NCBI GenBank assembly: GCA_965113315.1
Contig: OZ220369.1
DNA length: 64,000 nt
Direction: 5' to 3' (one strand)
Source: Podarcis vaucheri
Taxonomy: Eukaryota
Of this stretch, positions 62,506-64,000 are shown piece by piece. The first letter of the stretch is position 1. Each line of letters begins with the position of its first letter. Under the pieces are notes generated by a model. It was not told where the DNA came from and did no database searches. It saw nothing but the letters and a program-made list of their open reading frames with translations. A program made the position numbers and the translations under genes.

Positions 62506-63420
62506 AAATACAAGACATTCCAGTCTTTGGTGTGCTGTGTGCAGCTGGCGGGGGGACGGGACCGTAATTTATTTATTGATTGTACTTTCAACCTCTTTGC
62601 CTTCTGCTAGCTTGATTCTCATCTGGTACTTTAAAATTATTATACCCACTAGCACCCTTAACCCTAAAATGCCAGGTATCTAATTTCAGGCAGTCAGAGC
62701 CTGCTTTTGCCTGTCACGGGAGATGGAACCCACGGCTGGTGTCTCAGCATTTTCTGTCAGTCACTTGAAATGTGTATATAGGAGAAAAAGGCTGGGGTGG
62801 GGTTTGAGGATGTTTGCTCTTCGTTCTTGTGGATTACAGTGGGGCCTTTAGTGCAGTTTAGTCTGGATCCAACCCTACAAAGAAACTATGCCATTTAAAA
62901 AAATGGAATTACATGAGGTTCTGCAAATATAGCATATCTTTGCTTCAGGGTGGGTTAACTCCTTATTATCCTTTCTGGAGTGCGTCGGAGCAGAAATGTG
63001 GGTGTTGTGGCATTTACCTTACATGGTTTGAGGCCGTGTGAGAGAGCCCAGTTCCAAAATGAAGCGCCCCATCCACACACACACCCGGCTCATGGAGAGA
63101 GAAGCAGCAGCAGATGTACAAGGAGAAACCATTTTGTCAGCCAGAGGAAGTGCTGGGGTTCAATCTCCAGCTTCAAAAATAAATAAATGAGGCTGGTAAA
63201 GTTGTTTTAATTCACCTCTTCCCTAGCTGGAGCATCTTTCTCTACCCTGCCGCCTGCATCTGCCAAAATATTGACCAAATGCAGCTGAGGAGAATCTCTA
63301 GGAGACCCAACACTGATGACCTGCCATTTTTCAACAACCAGCTTCCTCATTTCTCAACCTCGTCGAATAATTGGACACCAGAAAACTTTTTCTTTTAATA
63401 CAGTGCTAAGGGATTTTTAA

Positions 63421-63771
63421 GGGACGCGGGTGGCGCTGTGGGTTTAACCACAGAGCCTAGGGGCTGCCGATCCAAAGGTCGGCGGTTCGAATCCCCATGA
63501 CGGGGTGAACTCCCGTTGCTCAGTCCCTTCTCCTGCCAACCTAGCAGTTCGAAAGCACCTCAAAGTGCAAATAGATAAATAGGTACCGCTCCGGCTGGAA
63601 GGTAAACGGCGTTTCCGTGCGCTGCTCCGGTTCGCCAGAAGTGGCTTAGTCATGCTGGCCACATGACCCGGAAGCTGTATGCTGGCTCCCTCGGCCAACA
63701 AAGCGAGATGAGCACCGCAACCCCAGAGTCGGTCACGACTGGACCTAATGGTCAGGGGTCTCTTTACCCTT
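63421..63771 (+). mobile_element. Full-length Sauria SINE (POM-type) downstream of SPEN
   Basis: gggacgcgggtggcgctgtggg...ggttcgaatcccc...caggggtctctttaccctt; imperfect TSD with core AGGGATTTTT (63409-63418 and 63773-63782). Confidence 0.93.
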
Positions 63772-63851
63772 GAGGGATTTTTCAACAGGCTGCTGAGACA
63801 ATACCCACCAAACAGTGTGCATTTTGAATCAGACGTTAGAAAATAATGGCC

Positions 63852-63857
63852 TTTATT
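63852..63857 (-). terminator. Possible AATAAA poly(A) signal of a convergent minus-strand gene (ZBTB17 expected from mammalian synteny)
   Basis: TTTATT on +, followed by AT-rich UTR-like sequence to the window end. The gene identity is an inference from synteny only. Confidence 0.3.
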
Positions 63858-64000
63858 TTGTTTCTAAATATTAACACAGATGCAGGAGCTTCTCAAATAC
63901 AGAAATAATATTTTTTTTTACATTGGTAACGCCATCATCACCTCCTTAAAATAGCTGCTTGTGAGTGAACAGCCAGCAGCACCTTAAAACCAAACCACAC

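Larger units (their letters stand above)
12585..62520 (+). other. SPEN: SPEN gene (Msx2-interacting protein/SHARP/MINT), exons 2-15; exon 1 lies upstream of the window and 1-12584 is intron 1
   Basis: Spliced translation gives RRM1 (YGRVESVKILPKRGSEGGVAAFVDF), an RS/Ser-rich region, RRM2-4, a very large low-complexity exon and the SPOC domain ending ...PHLMIVIASV*. Phases are consistent across all 14 exons. The 3' end is approximate. Confidence 0.97.
61481..62520 (+). other. SPEN: SPEN 3' UTR (end approximate)
   Basis: Follows the stop codon; AU-rich; ends shortly after ATTAAA, with a GU-rich downstream element (tctttggtgtgctgtgtg). Confidence 0.75.

Overview
Eukaryotic genomic DNA from a squamate reptile, most likely a lacertid lizard, judged from POM/Sauria-type and Squam3-type SINEs. 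The window holds nearly the whole SPEN (SHARP/MINT) gene on the + strand. It starts inside intron 1 (exon 1 is upstream of the window) and contains coding exons 2-15 (10,546 coding nt including the stop codon). These encode RRM1-4, a 7,879-nt exon 11 and the C-terminal SPOC domain, followed by a ~1-kb 3' UTR with an ATTAAA poly(A) signal. Splice phases chain correctly through all exons. The introns carry CR1 and L1 LINE remnants, Sauria and Squam3/MIR-like SINEs, hAT and Tc1/mariner MITEs (several nested, with intact TSDs), microsatellites and a 164-N assembly gap. The most interesting signals are non-coding and point to a multi-layer unproductive-splicing (autoregulatory) system upstream of exon 11: (1) a strand-asymmetric UGGA-rich field at the start of intron 2; (2) a well-formed 128-nt candidate poison exon just before exon 4; (3) a non-canonical GC donor on exon 10 that may compete with a downstream GTGAGT donor introducing a premature stop. 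These regulatory interpretations are inferences from sequence alone and need RNA-seq and conservation data.
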